Shown one piece after another: positions 50,620 to 50,704 of a stretch of 50,704 nt of DNA. The position numbers and the translations under genes are program-made. The notes beneath the pieces are model-generated. The model worked only from the letters and a program-made list of their open reading frames with translations. It had not been told where the DNA came from and searched no databases. The stretch's first letter is position 1; every line of letters starts with the position of its first letter. Source of the DNA: an uncultured Rhodopirellula sp. (GTDB taxonomy: Bacteria; Planctomycetota; Planctomycetia; Pirellulales; Pirellulaceae); NCBI GenBank assembly GCA_964007735.1, contig CAXGAI010000033.1:1-50704 (forward strand), written 5' to 3'.

Positions 50620-50704
50620 ATGCGGCCGCATTATCTTGCTCAACTACTTTGGTGTACCAATAATTCGCTTCTTCTAAATCCTTTTCAACTCCTTGGCCTT
50701 CGTG
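50620..50704 (-). other. Sel1-like repeat fragment, same reading frame, runs off the right edge
   Basis: Manual translation [28 protein letters not shown] matches the Sel1 pattern GxGVxxDxxxAxxWYxKAAEQG. Confidence 0.75.

Overview
A chromosomal window from a Planctomycetota bacterium, most likely Pirellulaceae-like. This is inferred from the planctomycete-signature DUF1501, DUF1549/DUF1553, PSCyt cytochrome, DUF2617 and DUF1080 genes. It holds about 36 densely packed genes: housekeeping genes (glyA, an rpoD-family sigma factor, glnE, bioD, aroE, a DEAD-box helicase, two PNPs), two uncharacterised PVC-type DUF1501/cytochrome modules, and a tungsten-type aldehyde oxidoreductase with MoaD. I found no tRNA, rRNA, CRISPR array or mobile element. 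Main hidden signal: the two short ORFs at 12027-12209 and 12213-12593 are one exported glutathione-peroxidase-family selenoprotein. Its in-frame TGA falls exactly on the catalytic residue and is followed by a SECIS-like hairpin, and a membrane-anchored TlpA thioredoxin lies two genes downstream as a candidate reductant. Other points: a hairpin-dense ~950 bp leader before the sigma factor, a GlnE whose N-terminal catalytic motif is degenerate, perfect palindromes in the first intergenic region, and an AT-rich in-frame Sel1/PAF-acetylhydrolase/PNP chimera at the right end that is probably an assembly artefact. All family calls come from recognising motifs by eye, not from database searches.
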